Notes under the pieces: generated by a model | What the model saw: only the letters and a program-made list of their open reading frames with translations | Databases searched by the model: none | Told to the model about the DNA's origin: nothing | Shown here: one piece after another, positions 63,600 through 64,000 of the stretch | Numbering within the stretch: position 1 is the first letter of the stretch | How the letters are laid out: the number at the start of each line of letters is the position of its first letter | Program-made: the position numbers and the translations under genes | Assembly: GCA_963575745.1 (NCBI GenBank) | Contig: CAUYUJ010000192.1 | Span: 558,001 to 622,000, forward strand | DNA from: Prorocentrum cordatum | Lineage: Eukaryota | Direction of reading: 5' to 3' | DNA length: 64,000 bases

Positions 63600-64000
63600 C
63601 GGGGCCCGACTCAGCTGCGACAGCGCGAAGGCCACGCACCCGACCAGCGCAGAGACCGATCTGGTCACACTCCCGTAGTTACGCGCCGCCCCAACGACAC
63701 GCTGAGACCTGAAAGCGACACGCTTGAATGTCACACGTCTGCTGGATACGGCGCTGCAGCTCCAGATGCCCTCGGCTCGCGGCGGGGTCCGACTCGGCTG
63801 CGCCGGCGCGAGGGCCGCACACATGACGAGCGCAGAGACCGAACTGCTCGCATTCCCGTGGTTATACGCTGCCCCAGCAACACGCTCAGATCATGTAGCA
63901 ACACGCTTGATTGTCGTACGCCTGCTGGATGCTGCGCTGCAGCTCCAGATGCCGTCGGCTCGCGGCGGGGCCCGACTCGGCTGCGCCAGCGCGAAGGCCA
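63600..64000 (+). repeat. About 180-bp tandem repeat running off the window
   Basis: acacgcttga...ctgctggat...gcgctgcagctccagatgcc at about 63717 and 63901. Confidence 0.85.

Overview
Eukaryotic, GC-rich, repeat-saturated DNA. GC/GT/GA splice donors, invariant AG|G acceptors and spliced-leader-like relics point to a dinoflagellate (inference). Most ORFs in the supplied track are artefacts of GC-rich repeats. Real content: (1) a minus-strand host gene the ORF track misses, with eight 34-84 nt exons between 55677 and 14238 that splice in frame to 145 aa of an NHL/SMP-30-like beta-propeller protein; its first and last exons were not found. (2) A near-intact two-ORF non-LTR retrotransposon (about 13120 down to a 100-N gap at 8329-8428) with a RanBP2-type zinc-finger ORF1 and an APE+RT ORF2 carrying one frameshift. 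(3) Several decayed LINEs, all on the host gene's strand; two related ones begin with a DinoSL-like relic. (4) Many MITE/foldback families, a young 152-bp tandem array, minisatellites and microsatellites. The best candidate for an undescribed system is intronic LINEs that ride host transcription and are capped by SL trans-splicing. All calls were made by eye; no searches were run.
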